Source: Octopus vulgaris (lineage: Eukaryota). From it: a stretch of DNA of 64,000 nucleotides. Below the pieces are notes generated by a model. The model had not been told where the DNA came from. It ran no database searches and saw only the letters and a list, made by a program, of their open reading frames with translations. Numbering within the stretch: the stretch's first letter is position 1; each line of letters starts with the position of its first letter. Location of the stretch: the NCBI GenBank assembly GCA_951406725.2, contig OX597815.1, forward strand, positions 167,710,001-167,774,000, given 5' to 3'. Positions 26,010 through 37,904 of the stretch are shown piece by piece. A program made the position numbers and the translations under genes.

Positions 26010-27603
26010 ATATTGTTATATTTCGGAATGGTCATATTGCCAGTTTAGCCAATAAAAACACACGCACTATATATTTGGTGTTATTTTGCTTCAGTGATAT
26101 TTATTTTTTACATTAATCTTAATCTTATTTCGGCCAAAGTTCTTTCGTCACACTCCTGTGACCGCATCAGTGGTCCTTTGTTTTCTTCTCACTTACTTGT
26201 GTCTCTCCTTACTAACCGTCAGCCATTTTGTATTTCTATTGTATGTCTTCATTTGCGCATGCTTATATCTCTATGTGCGTCTATGTTTATTTAGTGTGTG
26301 GGGGGGGGGATGTCTGTAATATTTGTATCTTCTGGTTATATACATTCTTGTAATTTGTATTTTGTTTTTGTTGTTGTTGCTTTTGTTCTAATTTTGTTCA
26401 TGTGTTTACATCCACCCATTATTATCATTACATATGCTTGTATGTATGTATAACAACAATATTAGTAATAATAATAATAAATCTAATCGAAAAAAAATAA
26501 ATAAATTTTAAAAAAAAAAAATATATAAAAAATAAAAAAAAAAAAAGAAAAGAATATACATATACATATATATATATACATACATATACATATACATATA
26601 CATATATATATATACATACATATACACATACATATACATATATATGCACATATACACACATATATACACATATAGATATTCATTTCTATTTCTTTAATTA
26701 CCTGTGTATTTATTATGTTTGCAGGATCCACTATTGTCATATGTTGTGGTGTGCGCTATTGCTCCATTCTAGTTTTCTATTCAGGCTAGGTTTATTTTCT
26801 ATTATATGTGTAGCTTCTGTAATTTGTCTAATTGTTGCATCTGTTCTATGTGTTGACAATATCTTAATCTCTATGTTATTGATTGATCCCCCGTGTTCTT
26901 GTTCGGCGTGTTGGTACAGAATCGATGAGCTTTTACCTTCCTTGAGTTGTCTCCAATGTTCATTCACCCGCTCACCAATGCTTCTTGCAGTTTCCCCTAC
27001 GTATGTTACTGTCTTGTTACTGCATCGTCCCTCTATACATCTTATACTATAGACCACATTTCTGGCTTTACAGTTCGTTTGTGGGCTAAATCTACATACA
27101 GTGCAATAGTTATCCGTACAGAGAGTTCTACTAAAAGGATAGCTTCTACCAATTATAGATCTGATAGGGTTGCCTGGCTTTTCAACAACCTTAATTCTTA
27201 GTTTAAGTTTATCTAGGGTCCTTCTAAAGCGGTACGCTAGTTCACCTCCAGGGGTGGTGTCAACGAACATGACACTCTGGTATTTATGGCTATCATACCA
27301 AGAGTTGGCCTTCCCTATTTTCTTTTTTGTCCTTTCTATAGTGTTCCATGACTTGTTCCTATAGAGTGGGCAAATCCCATTCCTATCATTACATAATATA
27401 TTATCAAATTTCTTCATGGCTCCTTTGTATACTCTGATCCTTTCTTTATGGCTGTAACCTGAGAACTGCATGCGGTGAATGAAATACTGTATGTGTCTCT
27501 TTAATTCTGTAGGCTCGCACATGCGTGACACATTTCTCATTATTCTGACGAGGTCTGCCATCAAAATATTGAATTTGGCATTGCCCGCAATGGCTGTGTT
27601 CCG
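26010..27603 (-). repeat. inverted copy of the PLE 3' end (RT thumb, GIY-YIG, 3' UTR)
   Basis: The translation RNTAIAGNAKF...WSNSAHHNI* is identical to the C-terminus of the plus-strand ORF. Differences were seen only in homopolymer tracts. Confidence 0.95.
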
Positions 27604-30325
27604 CAACAGGGGGATTGACAGGGACCAACAGACAGACATAAAACCCAACACTAATATAAACAACACATGTACCAGAAACAGGAACAATGAATATATCACT
27701 AGCGATGATAGTAATAATGGCAATGGTAGGAATAAAGGTAATAACAATAATAGTGGTAGTAGTAGTGGTGATGGTAACAGTAGAAGTAGTAATGAGGATA
27801 GTAGTGATAGTTGTGGTGGTAATAGGAATACTAGTAGTAGTGGTAATGGTGATAATAATAATAGGAAGGCTGATGTTGGAAACAGTAACGATAATGAAGA
27901 TAACCCTAGAGAGACCATTGACATGTATACCCATCCCTTTGACACTCAATTCTTCAACGTATGCGACAAAACTTACTGCATGAACCGAATTTATCCAACA
28001 ACATTACCCTTCAACAAAAGGGTATACATCCCAAGACGTACTAATGACCACATGGAAGCACAGTTCACTATAGCTAGGACCAAACTTAGACAGATTTTAG
28101 GTTTATACATTAAGAGACGGAGACAGAATAAGACAGATGCCCAACAACTAGGGATTAAACCTGCATGTGGCCTACAGAAGCTCATTCAGCGCACGAGGAA
28201 CGGAGAGGTGATATGCCTTCCCACGGATAAGTCAGGCAGGATGTCAATAGACAGCTTACCGAACTACATCCAGGCAATGCAACCTCATATCGCCAATACA
28301 AAAGTAACAACTGTACAGGCGCATGAGGAGAGAGAAAAGGTCCTCAATGCCCACATGATGATGTGGACAATTGTTCTGGGACCTCAGAAACGTACTGCAA
28401 AGAATTTCCAAGCCTGGAACAATGATATCCCGGCACTGTATGGACTTCGCAAGGACCATAAAGGTTTTACTGACCCTATAGCAGGACCACCAACAAGACC
28501 AGTCTGTGGAGCGAATATCGCTAGCAATTACAGAATCTCCTACTTCCTCTCAATGATCATACGCCCTATAATCAGGATGTCACCTGATGTGTGTGACAGC
28601 ACAGAAGATCTCCTAAGCAGGATCAGTGACTGTAACAAAACTTGTGACTTGACAGGATGTATAGTAGGTAGCATGGATGTGGTATCCCTATACCCATCGA
28701 TTGACGTAGATTTTGCAGTGGAGAAGTGCGTGGAGATGATCAACGAGAGCCAGGTGGAGTTCTGTAATGTCGACACAGAAGAACTGGGCCTCCTACTTAG
28801 ACTGACATATAATAGTGAATACTTAGATAAACATAATCTTAGTAGTTTCTGCCCCAGTAGATGTTTAAGAGGTAGACCGCCTACAATTACTTCTATGGCT
28901 AGGAAGACACATATAGAAAGATGGCGCGGATGGACCAGAGCCATACGGAGCCCCGCAAATGTCCATCAGGTAAAGAAAATGATCGCACATGCACTAGGAG
29001 CTAGTATAAGAGTTACCCTAAAAGGCCACACATTTAAATTTAATAATAAAATATATGCCCAGGACGTGGGGGCAGCCATCGGTGTTAGTATCGCTGGTGA
29101 TGTGGCCAACCTCTTCATGGTATGGTGGGACAGAAGGCTTAAAGAATGCCTACTGCAGAAATCCATACTCGTAAACATGTACTCTCGCTATGTTGATGAT
29201 ATCAATATAGTAGTAAAGGCACCCCCACAAGAGGGTACTGTTGATATAGTAATAGAAACTAATACTATGGAGAGCATCCAGCAAATAGCTAACTCCATCC
29301 ACCAGAGTATTAAGGTCACAATAGACTACCCCACTAAACACCCCAACCATAGACTACCAGTACTAGACACTGAACTCTGGCTAGAAATTGTGAAAAATAA
29401 AACCCAAATCCTTCATTCATACTATGCAAAACCTATGGCCTCAAAATACCTGATCCACCGGAACACAGCCATTGCGGGCAATGCCAAATTCAATATTTTG
29501 ATGGCAGACCTCGTCAGAATAATGAGAAATGTGTCACGCATGTGCGAGCCTACAGAATTAAAGAGACACATACAGTATTTCATTCACCGCATGCAGTTCT
29601 CAGGTTACAGCCATAAAGAAAGGATCAGAGTATACAAAGGAGCCATGAAGAAATTTGATAATATATTATGTAATGATAGGAATGGGATTTGCCCACTCTA
29701 TAGGAACAAGTCATGGAACACTATAGAAAGGACAAAAAAGAAAATAGGGAAGGCCAACTCTTGGTATGATAGCCATAAATACCAGAGTGTCATGTTCGTT
29801 GACACCACCCCTGGAGGTGAACTAGCGTACCGCTTTAGAAGGACCCTAGATAAACTTAAACTAAGAATTAAGGTTGTTGAAAAGCCAGGCAACCCTATCA
29901 GATCTATAATTGGTAGAAGCTATCCTTTTAGTAGAACTCTCTGTACGGATAACTATTGCACTGTATGTAGATTTAGCCCACAAACGAACTGTAAAGCCAG
30001 AAATGTGGTCTATAGTATAAGATGTATAGAGGGACGATGCAGTAACAAGACAGTAACATACGTAGGGGAAACTGCAAGAAGCATTGGTGAGCGGGTGAAT
30101 GAACATTGGAGACAACTCAAGGAAGGTAAAAGCTCATCGATTCTGTACCAACACGCCGAACAAGAACACGGGGGATCAATCAATAACATAGAGATTAAGA
30201 TATTGTCAACACATAGAACAGATGCAACAATTAGACAAATTACAGAAGCTACACATATAATAGAAAATAAACCTAGCCTGAATAGAAAACTAGAATGGAG
30301 CAATAGCGCACACCACAACATATGA
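27479..30325 (+). CDS. PLE reverse transcriptase - GIY-YIG endonuclease polyprotein (first ~42 codons come from the antisense inverted arm; native part starts at 27604)
   Basis: RT motifs TDKSGR, LYGLRKDHK, RPVCGA, GSMDVVSLYPSI, QDVGAAIG..ANLFMVWWD, RYVDD, LPVLD. Cys linker C-x4-C-x2-C. GIY-YIG VVYSIRCIEGRC..YVGET..R..EH..QH...H..EA..LN. No internal stops. Confidence 0.93.
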   Translation: MKYCMCLFNSVGSHMRDTFLIILTRSAIKILNLALPAMAVFRNRGIDRDQQTDIKPNTNINNTCTRNRNNEYITSDDSNNGNGRNKGNNNNSGSSSGDGNSRSSNEDSSDSCGGNRNTSSSGNGDNNNRKADVGNSNDNEDNPRETIDMYTHPFDTQFFNVCDKTYCMNRIYPTTLPFNKRVYIPRRTNDHMEAQFTIARTKLRQILGLYIKRRRQNKTDAQQLGIKPACGLQKLIQRTRNGEVICLPTDKSGRMSIDSLPNYIQAMQPHIANTKVTTVQAHEEREKVLNAHMMMWTIVLGPQKRTAKNFQAWNNDIPALYGLRKDHKGFTDPIAGPPTRPVCGANIASNYRISYFLSMIIRPIIRMSPDVCDSTEDLLSRISDCNKTCDLTGCIVGSMDVVSLYPSIDVDFAVEKCVEMINESQVEFCNVDTEELGLLLRLTYNSEYLDKHNLSSFCPSRCLRGRPPTITSMARKTHIERWRGWTRAIRSPANVHQVKKMIAHALGASIRVTLKGHTFKFNNKIYAQDVGAAIGVSIAGDVANLFMVWWDRRLKECLLQKSILVNMYSRYVDDINIVVKAPPQEGTVDIVIETNTMESIQQIANSIHQSIKVTIDYPTKHPNHRLPVLDTELWLEIVKNKTQILHSYYAKPMASKYLIHRNTAIAGNAKFNILMADLVRIMRNVSRMCEPTELKRHIQYFIHRMQFSGYSHKERIRVYKGAMKKFDNILCNDRNGICPLYRNKSWNTIERTKKKIGKANSWYDSHKYQSVMFVDTTPGGELAYRFRRTLDKLKLRIKVVEKPGNPIRSIIGRSYPFSRTLCTDNYCTVCRFSPQTNCKARNVVYSIRCIEGRCSNKTVTYVGETARSIGERVNEHWRQLKEGKSSSILYQHAEQEHGGSINNIEIKILSTHRTDATIRQITEATHIIENKPSLNRKLEWSNSAHHNI

Positions 30326-31084
30326 CAATAGTGGATCCTGCAAACATAATAAATACACAGGTAATTAAAGAAATAGAAATGAATATCTATATGTGTATAT
30401 ATGTGTGTATATGTGCATATATATGTATATGTATGTGTATATGTATGTATATATATATATGTATATGTATATGTATATGTATGTATATATATATATGTAT
30501 ATGTATATTCTTTTTTTTTTTTTTTTTTATATTTTTTTTTTTTATTTTTTTTTTTTTTTTCGATTAGATTTATTATTATTATTACTAATATTGTTGTTAT
30601 ACATACATACAAGCATATGTAATGATAATAATGGGTGGATGTAAACACATGAACAAAATTAGAACAAAAGCAACAACAACAAAAACAAAATACAAATTAC
30701 AAGAATGTATATAACCAGAAGATACAAATATTACAGACATCCCCCCCACACACTAAATAAACATAGACGCACATAGAGATATAAGCATGCGCAAATGAAG
30801 ACATACAATAGAAATACAAAATGGCTGACGGTTAGTAAGGAGAGACACAAGTAAGTGAGAAGAAAACAAAGGACCACTGATGCGGTCACAGGAGTGTGAC
30901 GAAAGAACTTTGGCCGAAATAAGATTAAGATTAATGTAAAAAATAAATATCACTGAAGCAAAATAACACCAAATATATAGTGCGTGTGTTTTTATTGGCT
31001 AAACTGGCAATATGACCATTCCGAAATATAACAATATGTATATATATATATATATAAATATATATGTACATATATATATATATA

Positions 31085-31250
31085 TATATATGTCGTCGGA
31101 CAGTTTTGATAGTCCGACGAACGGGAACGTGAAACTCCGAGTAACAGCTTTTGTTAAATTTCTGATGCTTTTAAATACAGCATATTACTCTACTTCTGGT
31201 ATTTGAGTACTCTGTTTTCCACCTAGTTTCACATTTATGTGTTTACTCCG
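31085..31250 (+). mobile_element. short hammerhead-like-motif element in (TA)n
   Basis: Terminal hairpin TCGTCGGAC..GTCCGACGA overlaps CCGACGA-ACG(GGAA)CGT-GAAACTC(C)GAGTA. Confidence 0.45.
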
Positions 31251-31279
31251 GTATATATATATATATATATATACATATA

Positions 31280-31920
31280 TGGATATGTGGGCACAGGACG
31301 TCACGCAATGTGTACAACGAAAAATACGAAGCATGAGTACATGGAACATCAACTATTATTTCGAACAGCGAAAGACATAAATAGAAAACAAAACAAACAA
31401 CATAAAGAACGACCCTTCATCACTTTTGGGCTGCTTTTCTAGTCCTGTATTTCGAACATTTAACAACAATATAAGCTTTCGATAAAACAGTTGCTCTTGC
31501 AAAGCAGATTAAATAAAATTTGGGATTTTGCGGAGGGTCAAAATTGGTAACACAAACAGGACAGTGAAAACAAACAGGAAGGGCTGCTAAGCCTAAACGG
31601 GGTTGTGATGGCGAACGCGTAAATCGAGCTTGGACAGGAGACGAACAAGAACACGTTTTCCTTGTTCTAGCTACAACGGAGAGAAATAAAGAAACACAAG
31701 TTAGAAGAAAGAAAGATGGTCGATGGTCACGTAGGAGCCACGTGAGCAAGGGAGGAGGAGTGAGGGAGAGAGAGTGACAGAGTAATAGGATAGAATAGCG
31801 GGAGAAGAGGTGGTAAAATAATAAGAGAGAGGAGAGAAAAACGAAAGAGTAAAAAGATATTATAGAGTGTATATCAGATTTATTAAAATAAAACTTGCTC
31901 TGAAGAGGATGTGTGGCGTT
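31280..31920. mobile_element. interspersed repeat, homologous to 48135-48720
   Basis: Shared ACATAAAGAA.GACCCTTCATCA..TTTCGA.CATT..AGTTGCTC..AAATAAAATTT.GGAT and GATGGTCACG motifs. The antisense strand carries a TGATGAAG motif. Confidence 0.65.
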
Positions 31921-31999
31921 CAATCATATAATAATATAAATAATATATATATGCATATATACATACGTATATGTACATACTTTCATCTATACGTGTATA

Positions 32000-32242
32000 T
32001 GAGACCCTGAGTTGACGAGTTTTTTTTTTTAAACAAATATAAAAAAGTTAAACAGCTATTTTGTGTGTGGCAACGTCGCAACATGTGGCGACACTGGTTT
32101 TGACGCGTCTACACAGCGACGGAGTAAGAGAACGGTAGAAATTTCATTGCTACTATAGGAAATTGTTGCTCTGCTTTACGAGTTTTCGCTTTACGAGTCT
32201 TCTCCGGGAACAAATTAACTCGAATATCGATCCATTACTGTA
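32000..32242. mobile_element. remnant of a pogo/Tigger-like DNA element end
   Basis: The end ..TTACGAG..AATTAACTCGAATATCGATCCATTACTG|TA resembles Tigger-type TIR plus TA. Confidence 0.35.
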
Positions 32243-32254
32243 CTTTTTTGTTAT

Positions 32255-32685
32255 CTTTTATCTTTTACTTGCTTTAGTCATTAAACTGTGGCCATGCTGG
32301 AGCATCACCTCGAAGAACTTTTAGTCGAATGAATCGACCCTGGTACGTATTTTTAGTTATGCCTGGTACTTATCCTATCGGTGTCTTTTATCGAACCGCG
32401 ACGTTACGGGGACGTAAACACTGCAACATCGGTTGTCAAACGGTTATGATGTACAGACACAGACACAAAGACACACACATACACACACACACACAAATAT
32501 ATATAATATATTTGTGTGTGTGTATACGATGAGCTTCTTTCAGTTTCCGTCTACTTAACCCACTCACAAGGCTTTGGTTGAGGCGATGCTATAATAGAAA
32601 ACACTTGCCCAAGGTGCTACGCAGTGGAACCGAACCAAGGACTATAAGGTTAGGAAAGAAGCTTCTTACCACACAGCCACGCATG
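32255..32685 (-). mobile_element. SINE family B copy
   Basis: Matches 12170-12586. Confidence 0.8.
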
Positions 32686-33629
32686 TTTTAGCATTGGGGA
32701 TGCGGCCATGCTATAGTAATACATTGAAGAGTTTAGTCGAAGAAATCGCCCCCACCTCCCGTACATATCTTAAAGCCTGGTAAATATTCTATCGATTAGT
32801 CTATGCTTTTTCAAATATATTTGACACATTACCTTCTTGTTGTCAATTCAACGAAAGTAATTGCTGAACAAATAAATGCCATTTTCATTTTGTGGAGAGA
32901 AGAGTTCAGTTATTTCCAAGTCATTATTTTCTCATTAGAATTGAAAAGAATATTCTTTTCTGATCTTTGCTACTTCTTCAATGAGAACTATGAAATATGA
33001 GATGACACGGATTAAAATTGTTCATAATCTCATTTTTCACCCATTACCCTTATTCATCCACGCTCGGTTTTTCTCAATTTTTCATCTCTATCCACTAAAT
33101 TCCTCGCTGATAATCAAACATATCTTCAATTATACTCTCATATATCTCTCTAATGTTTCCATTCTTCGCTAACCGTTAACAAATCACTCTTCATATATTT
33201 CTATATGCTTCTACCTGTCAGCCTTAGACCTTTATATCACTCTTTCAAAACCACAGAAAATATTTGTTTTTGTCAAAGATATATTCACATACAACCACCT
33301 ATATGCACTCTTCACACACTCCCGCACACTCATGTATGTCTAAATATGAGTATCATTATGTGAGTACATTTTAGATTAATAGGCGTCGAAGATTAAACAG
33401 TAAACTCGTAGAAAACTGATCTGCAAACCCATCTTTTAATTCTCGATTTTAGCAATTTCCCACGAGGTATTTTAACTCAAGCCGACGAGGGAGTCTTTAT
33501 GTGGATGCTGAACTTGCTAGAGATAGCAGAAAAATCTCTCAAATTACACCATACCAGAAAAGGATGGTCGTGGTTAGAATGTCTTTGGTCACATGTCTGT
33601 TTGAATTGTACTATTATGGGGCTAATTCT

Positions 33630-33842
33630 GTCTACTACCGGTACAATACCTGAAATTTTGGAGGAGGGAGTTAGTCGATTATATAAACCCCGGTGCTCAA
33701 ATGGTGTTTTATTTTATCGAACCCGAAAGGATGAGAGGCAAATTCGACCTCGGCGGAGTTTGAACTCAGAACTTAAAGAGATGGGAGAAATGTTGCTAAG
33801 CATTTTATCAGGTACCCTAATGATTCTGTTGGTTCGCCGTCT
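33630..33842 (-). mobile_element. SINE family A copy
   Basis: Reverse-complement family core. Confidence 0.7.
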
Positions 33843-34339
33843 TTTGACGGTTAAACAGTAACTCCACAACTTCACAACCCAGTTTCTGATGAAATCAGTA
33901 CAGTTAATTTTCAATTGATCGAACACGTGTGTGTTTAGGATACTGCACCGTTAAGTTGGTATCTTAGATTCACACGTATAGCTATGTAATTATTTTTTCT
34001 GACATAAACTTGACTGTTTTTGCTGCATCTGGTTGTGTAGACCACATGTTTTTGGGCTCAGTCGCACTGTGCTGCATCTTAGTCAAGTGGCTTATACTAT
34101 GTCCCTCGACCGATCAATACCTTGTGAGTAAATTTGGTAGATGGAAACTGTACAGAAGCTTGCCGTTATGTGTGTGTGTGTGTGCGTTTATGTATATATG
34201 TATTGTGTATGTGTTTGTGGAATTGTGTGTATATTCTACCACCGCTCGACAACCAGTGTCAAGATTTGATCGACCAAGTTTTCATGGCTACAGTTAAACA
34301 AATGAAACAAGTAAAAGATTAAAAGAATATCTATATATA

Positions 34340-34570
34340 TGTTTTACTTCTTTCAGTCATTTGACCGTGGCCATGCTGGTGCACCGCCTTTAGTCAAGCA
34401 AATCGCCCCCCAGGACTTATTATTTATAAGCCTAGTACTTATTCTATCGGTCTCTTTTGCCAAACCGGTAAGTTACGGGGACGTAAACACCAGCATCAGT
34501 TGTCAAGAGATGTTAGGGGTACAAGCATAGCCAAACATGCACACGCACACACACACACAGACACACACAC

Positions 34571-34631
<61 letters not shown>

Positions 34632-35035
34632 AAAGAATTTTTTGCGTAATAACATAAAAAAAACCAAGGCTGTGTAGATATGCGCTAATATCTACACACC
34701 CTTGGTTTTTTTCTCTTATTACGCAAAAAATTCCTACATACACACGCTGACATAGAACCAACGTTGAACCCTTTATTTACAATATTAACGAATCTGGAAC
34801 TAAACTATGGTCTGTCTATAGCACTTATTCAGCATTACCTGACACAATTATCTCTTATATATATATATATACAATGAGCTTCTTTCAGTTTCCGTCTACC
34901 AAATCCACTCACAAGGCTTTGGTCGGCCCGAGGCTATTGTAGAAGACACTTGCCGAAGGTGCCACGCAGTAGAACTGAACCCAGAACCATGTGGTTGGTA
35001 AGCAAGCTACTTACCACACAGCCACTCCTGTGCCT
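34340..35035 (-). mobile_element. SINE family B copy interrupted in its microsatellite by a ~230-bp insert
   Basis: SINE halves lie at 34340-34530 and 34872-35035. Confidence 0.85.
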
Positions 35036-35164
35036 ACATTAAATAAATCTTGCATAAGTATTTGTTTTTATGTGGTTTAGCATATTTTACATAATATAAA
35101 AATGTTGTTTACAAAAAGGAAACCAAATATTTATGTACTTCTTGTAATCATTATTTGATGAAGT

Positions 35165-35355
35165 GACACGCCGGGTGAAATGCTTAGCAGTATTTCATCT
35201 GTATTTGTGTTCTGAGTTCAAATCCCGCCGAGATCCACTTGCATTTCATCATTTCGGGGTCGATAAATTAAGTACCATTTGCGTACTGAGGTCGATCTAA
35301 TCGACTGGCGCCATCTCCCAAAATTTCGGCCCTTGTGCCTAGAGTAGAAAAAATT
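35165..35355 (+). mobile_element. SINE family A copy
   Basis: Family core present. Confidence 0.8.
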
Positions 35356-36084
35356 ATCTGACCAAGTGCGGTGAAACGAATTAAAGCTCAGCTTATTTGA
35401 GCTGAACTCAAATAGTGAGTTCTAACAATACATAACTGCTTTCCAGTAAAACAGAATTATTCAGTATTATTCAGATAAGGTAAATGATATTGTGTGATCG
35501 GAATATCTTTCTCTTGGTTGGTGAACTGTTGAGGATATTTGATAATCAGCAAATATGTTTTTTAATGAGATTTTTTTATATGCATTTTAACTTCTCATTT
35601 CAAGTATCTCTGAGGCAGACTTTACCTGCTGTAATTTTTCGTTTGTTAGAATAAGTACCAACCAATTATTAGGCTTTTATATGATTGATATTATCGACCC
35701 CCGCCCCAACCTAAAAATTTGCGGTCTTGTTGGTTTGTTAGAAATCAACATATTTCTTAAATTCATTGCTCTCCCATATGGTTTTCTCGTTAGAATTCAT
35801 GGATCTCATCCAAACAGCAAAGGTTCAATGCTCAGATCTCTTAAACTTTTGGAAGAACGGAAAAGTACACGTACTTAACAAAAAAATCTTGTGGTATTTC
35901 GAAACATACATTTAAGCTTTGGAGTTCAAATTACCCAAAGGCTAGAAAAATAAAATTAAGTTGTAAAATCAATAAAAGTGTTTTGTGAATAATATTAGTG
36001 TTTCAGTAATCGATACAGGATAGTGAATCTGATATAATGACTTAAAGAAACCAACATCGGTTCTTAAGCACAAACACATCGGTT

Positions 36085-36232
36085 TTCTTTCATTTTCCGC
36101 CTACCAAATTCACTTAGATGGCTTTAGTAGACCCAAGGCTATAACAGAATACAGTTGTCCAAGTTGCCATGCAGTGGGACTGAAACTGAAACATTGTGGT
36201 TGGGAAACAAACTTCTTTCCACACAGCCACAA
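36085..36232 (-). mobile_element. SINE family B head fragment
   Basis: Matches the family B 5' half. Confidence 0.65.
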
Positions 36233-36853
36233 ATTTTTCTTTAATATATTCGGATGGTTGACCACCAAAAATTCGATAGATTTATAGTCCATATCATATA
36301 TCACAAATAAGAAAAGGAATTTTTCGAGGATATACCTGTAAAACTGCCAAAAGTGTCAAATGAAGTAAGTAAAACAATCGAAGAGATTTATTTTCCTTTC
36401 TACATGATTTTAGATATAAAATAATTTATGGATGAGTAATTAACACGCATTAACACTCGTAGTTATCAATCGAGTAAAAGCGAGTGAATAAAACGTGAGA
36501 AAATAGAGAGGCGATGACAAGAGATGGTGAAACATGATGAGAAAAGAATTAGGATAAAACGTACATGAATGGTAGAGTAGTTTAAGTGTGTGTTGCTTGG
36601 TTAACCTTTACGCTGGTATGTGTGTTGGTGCGGGAAATATAGATAAGTATCCATAACGCCATCTTTCTCCATCCCTCTCTCTCTCTCTCTCTCTCTCATA
36701 CACATACACCCCCCCACACACACACACTTTTCTGTGTTGATATGTGTGTACGTATGTGTGTGTATGTGTGTTTGTATCTAAGTCTGTAGATATATATATA
36801 CACAAACACACATATACATACATATATATATATATATATATACATATATATAC

Positions 36854-36885
<32 letters not shown>

Positions 36886-36911
36886 GTATGTATGTATATA
36901 TATATAAATAC

Positions 36912-36957
<46 letters not shown>

Positions 36958-37904
36958 ATTATATACGCGCACTTCGTACAACATAGTTTATTAATAAAAC
37001 TGTCAATCAAACACCAATATGTTTATAAATGCATTCATTCAACAACAAGCACACGATATAAATAATTATATGTCTGTACGTTGGTGTATATATAATAATA
37101 TATGTTTTAAAATATGGTATGTAAAGTATGTACAGATCTATGTATATGTGTGGATATGTATACACACACACACATACGCACGCACGCACACACACTTACT
37201 TAAACATTCATAAATATATGTGACAATATACAGATCTGTATGTATGTATGTATGCATGTATGTATGTATGTATGTATGTATGTATGTATGTATGTATGTA
37301 TGTATGTATGTATGGCCGTGTGTGTATAAAATGTTATACGCTTTAGACACGTAACTTGGCCCCAAAATATTTATACTTATGATCGTCTCACTCTCCATAT
37401 ACGTGCCTCCAATGTATTTGTTAGTCAGCAAAAAGTCTGTACCATTGGTCGTACTAGAAGACCTACATAAACCGAAAGATTATAACAGCAAGGTGTGATT
37501 AGTGCAGTTGGTGTTTTTTTTTTTTAAAATTACCACAGTTTAGTATATGTTGAAAATAACAACATGCATTTATGAGTGACGATAGAGGGAGTGGCGAAGG
37601 AGTGCACTGATAGCGATTTGTACTTAAATTTTTTCAAGTTCAGATAAACGAACAAAGTTATAGATATGAACAAAAGAGAGAGACGGGAAATAGAAATGTA
37701 GGGTATTTAACGTCGTCTGGAGTCTGGATGTTTGTGTGAGTTCATTTGAGTGCATCGAGTTTAAGTTATAGTTGTGCAACTACGGGTTTGCTCGTATAGT
37801 TTTGTGCTTTGTGTTGTGTGGTTCTGGTTTATGCACATACGCATTAATAAAATAATTGCGAGAACTGCCACCCAAAATAGTTGCACGTTCAAACAGATAA
37901 GAAT

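Larger units (their letters stand above)
25958..31037 (+). mobile_element. Penelope-like retroelement (Naiad-like) with an inverted 3' duplicate at its 5' end, inserted in (TA)n
   Basis: RT + GIY-YIG ORF. Arms 26010-27603 and 29459-31037 are reverse complements. TA microsatellite flanks both outer ends. Confidence 0.93.

Noticed and set aside
30300-30400. Selenocysteine recoding/SECIS in the PLE, as reported for some Naiads
   Set aside because: There is no in-frame TGA within the ORF. The terminal TGA is followed by CAA TAG, and the downstream ATGA..AAA stem does not fit SECIS spacing.
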